64,000 nt of DNA from Pelomyxa schiedti (taxonomy: Eukaryota; Protista; Evosea). The notes beneath the pieces are model-generated. The model was not told the DNA's origin and did no database searches. It saw only the letters and a list, made by a program, of their open reading frames with translations. The translations under genes were made by a program, and so were the position numbers. Positions 11,114 to 22,719 of this stretch are shown piece by piece. Location: the NCBI GenBank assembly GCA_020536535.1, contig JAHLWZ010000225.1:21404-85403 (forward strand), written 5' to 3'. Position 1 is the first letter of the stretch. Every line of letters begins with the position of its first letter.

Positions 11114-12401
11114 TCAATCTCTGTGGTTTGGGTTGGGTGGTATATCACATTCCTCAGAGTCGGAACCTGAATCGGAATTGGGCATAGAAGGGAGGGACCG
11201 TTGGGATACGGCTTCAGCTTCACATTTTTCGAGGTAGGCTTGTTGGGCTGTATGCGTACATAGTGTCATGGGAATAGAAAGAAAACAGAGGAAAGAAACC
11301 GGCAATGACAGCGGCCCCATTGGGGCATTTTGAGTAAATGGTCAGAAGTTCGGAGTTTAGTGAAATGAAGGCATGGCCCCATACAAATTTGCTTAGTAGG
11401 AAACGGGCATCATGCTCGAATCCAGTGATGAATAGCGCTAGGAAGTACATTAATGATGTAAAACGGAGAAGGAATTCGCACTGGCTGCTAGTGCTTCGAC
11501 ACAAGACAGCTGTATTGGTTTTCCATAGTTTACAGGATTTGCAGCTACTAGCCAAGGGAGAAGCCTAGGGTGTGCTCCCTTGGTCCTTGCGAGAGGGGTA
11601 GTATCAATTTGAGCCCACGAACAGTCAATAGCAGCAGCACCGTTGTGGAGAATAATATCTCTTGGAATAAGGAAATGGTTTCACATGAGTAGTGAGTGTG
11701 ACTGTACAAGAACTCTCACTTAAACATAATGCTAATGAACCACAACTCCTTTACTTTCTTTCAAAAAAAGAAAAAAAAAAAACCCGAATCAATAAAGCAT
11801 TGAGTATGAAGGCCAAAAAGAGATACCTATCAGCAGGAGATACAGTCATTGTTCCCGTTGGGGACAGAACCACGCCACCAAAAACAGCCGATAGGCTCAG
11901 CTTCTTTGCCAGCTTCATTCTCATCAACTTCCTCCCAGTGCACCGCTTCGAGTCGCACTGGCAAAAGTCCCACAATCCCAACTTGATCCCGACGACCTTT
12001 CCCGGAGTATCCCCGCCCTCATCGTCGTCCTCCTCCACCCCCTCCTCGGCCTCGTCCCCTTCGCTGCTGCTTCTGTCTCCTCCTCGCCGTGTCGTTTTCT
12101 CTCTCGCTCTAGATTCAGATGCCTCAGAGTCGCCATGGCTCTGGGCATCACGAGGCGGCGCCAACGGGCCAACGGCAGCGCCATAGACGTCGCTTCCATC
12201 GACACTCGCTGTAGTCGTCGTCGTAGTAGTAGTACTCGACGCTGGTGCTCTGGGCGAGGGCTCGTGGAGCGAGGACTCGGCGGTGGCGTACTCGCGACCT
12301 TGTGTGCCCCCGCGTCGCTTGTCCCCTCCTCGCCCTCCTCGCGAGGACCCGGCGCCGCCGCGCGCCCCTCCGCCTCGCTTGCCCGCGCGGATTCGTTTCA
12401 T
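11114..12401 (-). CDS. TSR3: 18S rRNA aminocarboxypropyltransferase TSR3
   Basis: [79 protein letters not shown]; long Gly/Arg-rich and acidic N-terminal extension. Confidence 0.95.
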
Positions 12402-12615
12402 CGCCGGCGACTGTGACTATTAGATATCAGATCGATGATCGGTTTTTGGTTTCGAGACGTTTGGTTGAAATCCCAAACGCAAACTTACGGACGAGATCCC
12501 TCTTTGCTGTGCCTCCGGAATGTAGAATCTCAGGGACAGCACATTGTAGAGTTCAATTCATTCGGCCGTTAATTTTATTGTTGGTTTGCGTTGCTACGGT
12601 TTTATCTGGTTGGCG

Positions 12616-13567
12616 ATGGCAGCAACTCCTCCTCGACCGTCACGACGTATTCCAGAGCATAGATTTTGTCTAGATGTAGTTGAGACAGCCGTTCGCCAGT
12701 TTGGTTTGTGGTTAAAACTAGTTTACTTACAAGTGCACGCCCGCTGTCAACTGATACCCATTCTTCATCTCTGTTTTTTTTTTCCCCCATTTTATTACAG
12801 CTGAAGCGAATCAAGTGACACAATGGGGATATATGCCAGGGTACCACTTGTGCCACGCAACTGCCAGGTTGTGCATCGAGGCAAATTTTCCACTTGTGAA
12901 CGGACTGCTGCGGATGCACTACAACAACAGCCGGTCTGAAAGGGCTGCGCTTTCTGCCGCACTGTCGAGCTATAAAAGTCGTGTTCGATGGGACAGGCCT
13001 GACATACCCCTCAGACGTAACTGCGAGGGTGTCACGGGCTCGAACTGGATGTATACCTGGCAGTACAAGTCAATATCCGTCTATGTCGGCTGTACTTTGG
13101 CATCCAACAAGCCAACAATAAACAACAAGTTCCTCCTTAGGCGCACAAGGCAACACATTCAACATGCATTCAACCCTAACAACGGTGAATTCTGGAACAG
13201 GCTGAGTGCGTTCATACGTGTGACCAACCCATATGACTGGTCAATAATCGCAGAACCACCGTCAATTTGTACAGCCCTCAGTCAGAGCCTAAATGATTCT
13301 CTGAACCAAATGCAACTGGGCATACAGATTAGCCAAACCACTGATTCCCGGGTGTTTGAGCAACTGCTGATTTTAGGCCGTGACACCCTTACACCCAATG
13401 GCCTAAATGAGAGAACAACTTTTGCACCAGGCACACCATCACCAGTAGTACCACACCAAGGAACTCCTCCAATTAGCGAAGATTATGGCAACTACGGATT
13501 CTCATCCGACGAAGAAGAACACTCTGAGGATGAAGAGGATGACGATGTGATTGACGAAGACTCCTAG
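12616..13567 (+). CDS. GIY-YIG endonuclease-like protein with acidic C-terminal tail, one intron
   Basis: Exon 1 MAATPPRPSRR...VRQF, phase-1 intron 12704-12800, exon 2 in frame with ORF 12815..13567. Motifs WMY-x9-YVGCT, LLRRTRQH, FEQLLI, DTLTPNGLNE. Confidence 0.7.
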
Positions 13568-13698
13568 CTCAATCACATAAATAAGTGGTATGAATACATA
13601 GTTTAATTGTGATTTTGTCACGCACCACATATTTGCATCCCAAAACGATCTTTCACGAATCACGTTACCATAAACACCCAAAACAAGAGAAGATCAAG

Positions 13699-15078
13699 AT
13701 GCAACTGATCGAGCGTGCCACAATTCGGGGGGATCAGCAGTTTGTTGCGCTTGCTGTGGGGAAGTGGTCGCCGCGGTGCGGGGAGCATAGCGCAGCGAGG
13801 CTCCTGACCCACCACGTCCTGGTGGAGCAGCTCGGCAAGGAGTGGATCGCGGGGGCCGCCCGCTGCTGCGTCGCGTGGTGGCACAACTACGCCAAGGGGG
13901 GCACCGCCACGGTCGCGGCGGTGCGGGTCTCCCACACCCTCGGCGTCGTCGGCGCCCCGCTGCTCCGCGACCTCGCCCCCTGCCTCGGCGGCTCCCGCCT
14001 CGCCCTCGAGTGCTGGGTGACGGGCGGGGGCGGGGGCCTCGGCGGGGGGCCCCAGGGCGGCGGGCGCCTGCGGGCGGTGGCCGCGGCCGCCGAGGACATG
14101 CACTTGATGGACGTGGAGTCCGGGCGGCTGCTTGCCACTCTTGTGGGGAGGGGCAGGGGCTCGGTGGTGGCGAACAACAGGTGGGTGGTGCAGTGCTTCC
14201 CGCCGAGCTTCAGCGACGATAGGAGCCCGGACAACAATCTGAGAATATGGAAGCTACCCACGGCTCATTCTTGCTCATGTTCATCGTCATCGTCATCTTC
14301 TTCTTCGTCGTCGTCAACATCAACATCAGAAACTACTGCAGATAGTAGTAGCGTGCTGGTAGCAAAGATGGCGTCTGTCGACCCTGAAACACTGAGAATT
14401 ACGGCGAGTTGGATGAAGTTCGGCCACAGATACACTGCGTCATGCAATTGTGAGGATGGTCCTTGCGATGAGCTTCTGGTGTTTGGAATAACCCGCCTAG
14501 CCAGCCTAACATACCCCATCACATTTGGAGTCCTGCTGGATATAAACATAGCCAAGACGTATGCAAGTGGCGTTGCTGTTGTGAAGGAGGTTGCGAGGTA
14601 CCCCCTGCCCAGGTGGCCCTCTGTTGTGCAAAACGTGTTCTGTGATGAAGACGGAGTAAGGGATGTTATCTGCATCAACAACTCTGATGAGGGCACACTG
14701 CTGATGGACCCACAGGGCGTAACAACCACACTCCCTTGTCCTGGTACTTGTCTGGCTGCCGTTGATGACCGCCACTTGTTTTACAAATCCAAGTCGACTA
14801 CTCCCAATACAATCCGGGGTACTGGTTATTCTTCAACTTCTTCTTGCTTCATATACAACACTGTGCAACCACACAGAACCCCAGTGTGTGTGCAGGTTCC
14901 GCATACCACCCTCCCTATACTCTCTTCCTCCGGAATTTTTATGCTCTCCTGTTCAGTAGGAGACAAGGAGGAAGCAAACAGATTGGTGATGATGGATGCT
15001 TTGTCTGGGAGGATATTCCTCCAGACACAGAAATCTCTGACTGCCTCCTTTTTAAACGTGAATTTCCTATGCTTTTAA
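13699..15078 (+). CDS. Lineage-expanded hypothetical protein (N-terminal DQQFVAL...RCG..SAARLL motif, beta-strand-rich C-terminal region)
   Basis: Uninterrupted ORF from ATG 13699, GC-rich 5' part, poly-Ser insert, motifs ANNRWVV, LRIWKL, AAVDDRHL, MMDALSG. Confidence 0.75.
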   Translation: MQLIERATIRGDQQFVALAVGKWSPRCGEHSAARLLTHHVLVEQLGKEWIAGAARCCVAWWHNYAKGGTATVAAVRVSHTLGVVGAPLLRDLAPCLGGSRLALECWVTGGGGGLGGGPQGGGRLRAVAAAAEDMHLMDVESGRLLATLVGRGRGSVVANNRWVVQCFPPSFSDDRSPDNNLRIWKLPTAHSCSCSSSSSSSSSSSSTSTSETTADSSSVLVAKMASVDPETLRITASWMKFGHRYTASCNCEDGPCDELLVFGITRLASLTYPITFGVLLDINIAKTYASGVAVVKEVARYPLPRWPSVVQNVFCDEDGVRDVICINNSDEGTLLMDPQGVTTTLPCPGTCLAAVDDRHLFYKSKSTTPNTIRGTGYSSTSSCFIYNTVQPHRTPVCVQVPHTTLPILSSSGIFMLSCSVGDKEEANRLVMMDALSGRIFLQTQKSLTASFLNVNFLCF

Positions 15079-15199
15079 ATCAAACCACTGTAACCCGTGA
15101 CTGTCAATTCGCCTATCGACGTTCGGGGAATTCAGCTGAACTCCAAGAAGAGTTCTCACCTTAACTTGGAATTAGGGGAACCGTTTTCAGGCCTTTTTA

Positions 15200-15795
15200 A
15201 ACGCAACCCATCCGGACAACAAACAAAACAACCACTACTTCAACAACAGAGGCGGTTCCCACGACAGTTCGATGCCCAGCGTCACACATGTGCATGTGGA
15301 GTGGCATAGAGGCTGATTTGGACGCACACCTGGCAGAGTGCCCACATGCCACCGCGAACCCGAAAATCGATTTTCAAGTACCTCCTCGACCAGAACAGGA
15401 AGCTCAAGGAGACGAACGCCAGGCTGGAGGAGCAGAACACCAGGCTTGGCGATCAGATCAGCAAGTCCACGGTCAACCTGCAGTTCATTACTTTGTGGAG
15501 GGAAAGTCCTTTGGATTCTCTCATGTGTGCTGCATCCGCTTGTGCCCAGGTGACACATGTGGCACAGAGCAAAACGACAGAGTTAGCTGGAATTTGGATG
15601 GAACTGGTGGATACTGCACAGGGTGTAGCTGTGACCAGGAAAGATTTAAAAAACTCATATGTTGGGTTTAAGGGGCTAGAGAGAGTAAAGACTTTCTTTT
15701 TACAAAACTTGTGCCGAAGTAGATCAGATTTGGATAGTGACCACCACTTTGTGGGGTGTGCTGGGGTGTTGATGGTTGTTGTTTTACTTGTGTAG
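15200..15795 (+). pseudogene. TRAF-type zinc finger + coiled coil, frame-disrupted (pseudogene or sequence error)
   Basis: VRCPASHMCMWSGIEADLDAHLAECPH is in one frame; the coiled coil IFKYLLDQNRKLKETNARLEEQNTRL is in the +1 frame from ~15346. No clear upstream start. Confidence 0.45.
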
Positions 15796-16115
15796 TAAGG
15801 GAGAAAGAAGCCCGAATACTAAGCACAAGAGTTTATTGTTTATTACTTTGTTGCTTGAGTAACTACAATGACGTTGTTCCTAAAGGCACTAGAATCAGTT
15901 CAAGGTGTCCCCTGAATCTCCCTCCCAGGGTAACAGATTCCCGGTAGTTTTCCCAGACATCCATCAGTGATTAGAACCGGACTTGTAAACCTCGGGGCAA
16001 GGTTTTTGGGTTCTCAGCCAGACCACCTCTAGGCCTTGACAACAACGTTTTTTTTTCTTTATGATGCTTACATTTTATTGGTGACAAACAGGAGGAAATT
16101 AGACTGCGGGTTGGG

Positions 16116-17412
16116 TCAGTTGAGAAGGGGTTTTTCTTTCTTCCTTGTGTTTTCCTCAGTAAGAGGTTTCCATGTTGCAAATATGATGAGAACTGCCGGA
16201 ACGAGATCAAACATGAATATATAGCAGAACTTGAGGGCGGCAATGGCAGATGACTCTGACTCGTCACCTATAACAAAGGTGATAATTAGAACCAGAATTC
16301 CTCTAGCTATAAAAACAGAGCTGAAGATGGCTGCTAAGATAATTATCTAAGGTACAGTGAGTGGGGACTATTTTTGCAGTGCAATTGTGGTAACCACATA
16401 GTGGATAAGCTTGGGAAGAGGAATACTCACTTGGCGAATGACTTTAGAACGCATTCTGTGCACAGTAGCTCTGTTACGATTGAGGAGGTAACAAAGGCAG
16501 CACCCAAGAATCACATAGCCTGAACGAACAGTTTCAGCCCGTTAATGACAAAAAAAGCAGGTGCGACCTGTGCCCAGAGTAATATCCAAAGTGGAGTTGA
16601 ATATTGCTTCAGTGTGATGGTAAATGGTTGTGTGACCCTCATCAATAAACATCAAAAAGCAAAGAAGAAGCCAAATCGAGTACATTATAATATTCAGTAC
16701 AATGTGAAGCTACGACTGTGAGTGAAATATATCATTTCTTCATGAAAGGGTTACAAGTAATACCTTGAGAGTGAGTGAACGCTTTTGCTGCTTGGATAGA
16801 GATGGGACAATGAGCCAGATCCAGAAACAAAAATTCAAAGAATAGGCAGTAAGAAAAATATACCCAGGGAGGCTCTGTATTGCAAAAGGGAATAAAAAAT
16901 TTCCCTTATATATTTCAGCATATTATTAGTCCACACCACAAACAAAACACACCGACAGAAGTGTTTGAAGAGGCTTTTGTTCACCCCAACTCAATTCAAA
17001 GTAGTGGTCCGAGTATATTGACATTTCCAAACCACGGCCTTGGGATGAAACATAAACAACTTTTTAAAAGGAGGGTTCTAAAGAGACATACTTAATAAAG
17101 GCAGTGGAATCAGTAAGTGAGTTCCCTTTCTCACTGAAAATCCCGGCGGCGCCGCCTCGAGGAAGAAAACATACACAACTCCTTTTTTTTTTAAAAAAAA
17201 AAGTTACCAGATGAACGGACCAAAAAAAAAGTCACAGTACTGGCAACGGCAAACAAGAACGTGATGTAAAACAGGGCCACGGTCGTCCACAGCATCGCCA
17301 ACTCCCACGTCGCTGTAGGTGCGAACGAAAACAACGACGAGTCACTGGTAGAGTTCACTGCTGACGACGACGAGGACAACGCCAACGGTGCCCTCAGTAC
17401 CAACCCACACAT
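16116..17412 (-). CDS. Multi-pass (7TM-like) membrane protein, THH1/TOM1/GPR137-like
   Basis: Spliced hydrophobic segments LWTTVALFYITFLFAVASTVTFFLV, PWVYFLTAYSLNFCFWIWLIV, IVLNIIMYSIWLLLCFLMF, GYVILGCCLCYLL, IIILAAIFSSVFIARG, FCYIFMFDLVPAVLIIFATW; ends ...KEKPLLN*. Confidence 0.65.
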
Positions 17413-17525
17413 CGCGCCGATGCAAAAAAGGTTAATTACAGCGAAATTACGGCGAAAACTTCCCGCTTCGTTTCGGAAAACGAAGATCAATCGAATTTCG
17501 AACCCAAGTTGGGGCCCAAGCTGCC

Positions 17526-20500
17526 ATGACGAGCAACGGAAACAGCAGGAACAGTAAAGCCAACAACAACAAGAGTAACATTTTCGGGCGCAACGTGGTT
17601 TCTTCTGTGGAGGTTATTCACCAAGTGCTGCTACACAACTTTACATTAAAAATTCCGAAAAGATTACCAGAGCCACACGAAATCCATTGTCTCAACACAT
17701 TCGCGCTGAATGGTATTTCTTTCTTTCTTCTTCTTTTTTTTTTTCTTTTTCGTTTGAAAATCCTCAACTTATGTGCGTGCTAGTGGGTTTGGACCAAGGC
17801 CTGGAACATGCTCTACTTGTAAAGGGGACTCTTCAGATGAGTCTGACAGCTTTCCTATGCCAGCAGAGTCAATAAAAGTAGCCCCTTTAGAATGAAATTT
17901 TTTTTTTTTTAACTCCCTTGTGCAGAAATTTATACCTAGGCAGACGCAAACACGTGGACCATCATCCAGGATTTCAAGGGTTCCACAGGTGCTAAACGCA
18001 CACGTTGTTAGACATACTCCCACAGATACCACTGAACAGCTACCAGCTCAAAACCAACATCCACAAACGCAACTACCTTCAGGGTGTCAAACACAACACC
18101 CCACCCATCCCCAGCAACAGCAAGCACAATCACAGTTGCAATCACAGTCACTCCTACAGAGACGCCCGAAGCAGCAAATAGGGTTACAGGAACAACGCCA
18201 GCAAATACTAGGAATATCGGAAACAATTAAAGATCACATCCAGTCGCAGGCTTGCTCTCTGTCACCCAATGGCAATGCGGCATCTGGTGGAAGTGTAACT
18301 ATCCAGACAGAACCAAGAAAAATTCAAACAGAATGTCTCCCTGCCAGGGAGGTTGTAGATAACCTCAAATTAGTGCCTGGCCGTCAAGTTGGTACTCTAT
18401 CTAAAATTCATCAAATCTTTACTCAAGAATGTAAGAAAATATTGTAGAAGGCTCTAAATTGGCGTCACATGTTATGGTAGACACCATTTTTTACACAAGA
18501 ATAACCCAACAAACAAAAAAAAAAAGTTGTCCCTCCCTCCTCCTCCTGAAACAGTTTTTGGTGAATCTGTTATGCGACACACACCTGAACCAACTCTTTC
18601 ACACACTGAATCAACAGAACCAGCGATACAATCACCCCCAATGTAACCTGTTTCTCTCTCTGTTCATTAAATTTACTTTGCAGAAAGCGGTGTGTGGTTG
18701 TGAAGAAAGTGATCCCCAGTGAGGTGAGAAGTTGAGTTATTGAAATGAATTAACTTGCTTCCCCAACAGAAGAAGGCTCAAGCCACGCCTCCCTCCCCAC
18801 CCGTTCTTCCCACAACTCCTTATGTCACAATAATCTCAAAGCAACGGGAAGAACAACAGCAAATTAATGATGCTGCCAATCGATTACTCTCAGATTACTT
18901 CAAACAGAGTAGAACGGAAAAGGTTTCTCTCAACCCCTCTAGTTCACACTCTAATTTCATTTAGAATAGTTTTAGTACCCCTCTTACTGGTAATATTTAT
19001 TGTCCAGTTCCCTTCATCACTGACTATGGCATACAAAAAGGGCAGTTATCTGAAGAGCACGGAGCAATAACAAGCAGTATTGGGGAATTTGACCCCACCC
19101 CCATCCATCAGCTGATAGCCACATGCCGCAAAGAAAAAAATAAGTTTGACAACGAATGGCTCTCAACAGAGTGTGCAATAGCTGACAGTGTAAGAGCATC
19201 TGAGATTGAGGAGGTCATTCAAGCAGATGAGCATTTGTGTACTGTGCAGCTTAACATGGAAGTACTGAAAGATAAAGTAAAGCGAGTAGTGGATAGAGCT
19301 GTGAAGACCTGCCAAAATCCACACAGTCCCTTGTTAACAGAACCTCCGCCATTCAAGTATGTATACGGTAGTGTATGATTAATGAACGCTCGCAGGATAT
19401 CCATTTTACCTTCAACTCGCGTTGCAATGTCTTTTGAAACAGATAAACGTCAACCACAAAGTGCTAGAAACATCAAGTCTGTTTCTTTGTCAGTCAATTT
19501 CCTCCTTACAATATTAGGCTCCATTTCCCTACAGATATTATTCCTAAGTATCAGTAAAGAAACGACAAGTTTTAACCCACCACAGAAAGAATCCTGAAAA
19601 GAAACCTGTTGCAATAAGAGCTAATCGATCACATGTGCGCCACCACCATGTTAGAATGACTAAAACAATTTCAGGTGAAACCTCCTACTGTCTCACGTGT
19701 GTGGGACCACCTGCTAAGTCAAAAGGAATTTATGGATGCACCTAAGAAGCCCAAAGTCCCATTGCCACAATCTCTGACGTCTTTATCTGCATTTCAAAGA
19801 CATTACCCTACAATGAGGTTAATTATGTCAAAAATGAAAGACTTAATAATGGAAATTAGAGCTATCAGCAAATCCGATAATGATACTCAAACTCTTCCTG
19901 AGCAGCAGGATGCTTCCACTTCCACTAGTTTAAAACAACCAACCCCACCTATTCCTGAAGAAAGAGATCTTGAGCAAGAACAAGACAATTCTAGAAATAG
20001 TAAATCCAGCCGAAATACTACAGCAAATGAGAGAGTTACTCCTAACTTTCTCTCCGAAGTACAACAAGCCCTAGATAAATCTCCTGCTAGCGACTCTGTG
20101 ACTCGCATTGAACCCCCAGTTGTATTCACTCTTCCAAAGGACACTGAAAAACTTAAAGAAGAAGCTCGTAGAGAGTATCTAAAAATAGTTGGTACGTTTA
20201 CTTCTATGTTAATTTCTCTAAGTCTGGTAGACTCCAGGCCAAACCCAAGAAAGCAGGTCTTTATGCAGTTGTATTGACCATATACCAATCCTTGCACAGA
20301 TTCCATTTGTGGAAGGGTTATCCTTGTTTAATGTGTCAGCTGAACCTGACCAAGAAGCTGAGAAGCCTCCCATATCTACTGCCTCAGAACTCCGTTCTCA
20401 TGTTACCTTCAAATTCTGAGTTGAAAACTCATCCAAACAAATAGGTTCTCGACCCCCACACAAAGCAGGCAATTGGTGATGAGATAAGAGATGCTTTGAC

Positions 20501-22613
20501 ACAGAAGAATAATCTGGATGGTACTTTCTTTCTTGAATCTAATAACTTACCATCCTGGATCCCAGACTCAACTCAAACTCGATCACAAACAATGGAAAAA
20601 TCAATACTGCCCTCTCCACGCGATAATACTCTACGTGAACGGGAACGACAGCTTGAAGACCTAAACAAACAGCAGCAACAATTATTAGAGCAACAACGAC
20701 TTCAGCTACAACTGATGGAACACCAGGGACAGCAGATGATGCAAGAAAAAATTCAGCAACAGCAGCAACAGCAACTCCAACAACAACACGATATACTGCA
20801 ACAGACCCAGCAACGACAACAACAGAGGGAACAGGAACAACAACAAATTCAACAGCAATTGCATCAGCAACAACAGCAATTACAGCAACAGCAACAAGAA
20901 TTATTGCAGCAGCAGCTCAAACAGCAACAACAACAGCTCGAAGAACAGCAAAAGCTTATGAAACAACAGCTGCAACAACAATTAGAAGAACAGCAACGGC
21001 TGCTCCAACACCAATTGCAGCAACAGAATGAACACCTCAAGAATCAATTGCCTCAAGCTCCAGTAAATCAGCAACCCCAAGTACCTTTGCAATTTCAGAC
21101 TATTCCCATCCCATATCCAGTACCTTATCCAATCTCACAACCACAACCCCCACAACCTCCACCGCCACCTCCGCCACAAACCCCGCAACCGCCAGCACCA
21201 ACACCAACACCAGTACAGCCGCCGACTCAACCAGCACAGGCGCCTTTGCAACCAACACCTACATCACCAACACCTCACCGAGTATCAACTCCACCCACAC
21301 CAGAAGAGGAAAAAAGCCACGCATCTATCATACTGTAAGGCTACAGTAACTGACTATCTTTACCTCTATTTATTTCTATTAACAGACCATATGACCACAC
21401 ACCACCGACAAGTCCTATGCACCCTCTTCCTACAGTAGAGATGACAATCCACTCCACACTCTCTCTCGGGACCCTTTCTGATGGTGAAATTGACGGCCCT
21501 AACCTGGAAAGCTTTATGAGTGATGGAGAGGTAATTATGCTTCCCAGAAAAGGTGTGAAACAAATATTCATTCCTGGTTTTTACCTCTATCAAGGGGAAA
21601 TTCCACAGCCGAGTGGGATAGCGGAGGTGTGCCCCCACCGTGATAAAAAGCCTCAAATAACTTTATAACAACAAATACAGCTTTTACACCTGAAAAGACC
21701 AAATTCTCCAGGCCAACTTACAGTCACTACAAGGTTGCAACAATTCTTCTTCCTTTTCCCACTAATGTGGAGTACGGTTAGTATTCCGGAAACTTCACAG
21801 CACAGTGATGGTGAAATAAGTGGCACTCTAACCGACCAGAGTCATTTATGTAATGAACCTACCTCTGAAGGAGAAAATTGCCCTGGAACTGAAAACATCA
21901 CTGAACCACCGACTCGGCCGCAACCCGCACCACGGACAGAAGATAACTCCAATACCAGCACAGGAAATGCACAGACCAGTACCGGAAACGAAAATATTTC
22001 AGCGGCGGCACCCAAAGGTGTTACCACGCCAACAACGGCAGGAACGGCAGGTGCCTTAGTTTTAAGCAGCCGTTCGCAATCTGTCAGGTCATCAGCCGGT
22101 TCCGCTTCCGTTCCAGTCATTGATGTTGATATCGATGACCACACACAGCACACACAGTCAGCAGAATCCAACACACCCAACGGAACCATTATGGCCCCAC
22201 AGCCCACAAACAGCAACAACATTGACATTCCTGATGGTGAGGATGATGACTATGGTGATGATAAGGAAGAGGAGGGGAATGTAGATATAGATAAAGAAGA
22301 AGACAAGACACATGAAAGCAGTGGGGTACTACTTGCCACCACGTCCACAGTTGCAACTGAGGGGGATAAAAATAGCAACAACGATGTTCTGGCTTCAATA
22401 GAAAGAGTTCTATCTTCCCAACCAACAGACAACACTGACAGACCAGATGACGAGGATGATGACAAAGAATCAAAGGTAACATCCAACTATGAACTCAGCA
22501 AAACAACAGGGAAGGAAAAAGCCAGCAGCAGTGGGGGTGCTTCCAGCCTGGATTCACAACAGGACGCACTGTTACAAGCAGAGCACCTTGAACATAGTGA
22601 TAGCAGTGAATAA
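17526..22613 (+). CDS. Large low-complexity coiled-coil / Gln-rich / Pro-rich hypothetical protein (possibly more than one gene)
   Basis: Successive + strand exons: 17526, 17920-18390, 18755, 19675-20277, 20496-21334 (poly-Q then Pro-rich), 21417-21530 and 21735-22613 (acidic, S-[DE]-G-E motifs). Exon joins not all resolved. Confidence 0.6.
20660..21030 (+). repeat. CAG/CAA-rich coding repeat (poly-Gln coiled coil)
   Basis: Visible cag/caa runs encoding QQQQQLLEQQ...QQQQQQLEEQQ. Confidence 0.9.
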
Positions 22614-22719
22614 ATTACCAAAAGAAGTAAGAGGTGTAAAAAAAAAAAACTTTTTGGGTTTTTTTTCCTGTTGGGTGGGGATGTCTCAGAGTAAATACAA
22701 TAGGGAGTATAAAACAAAA

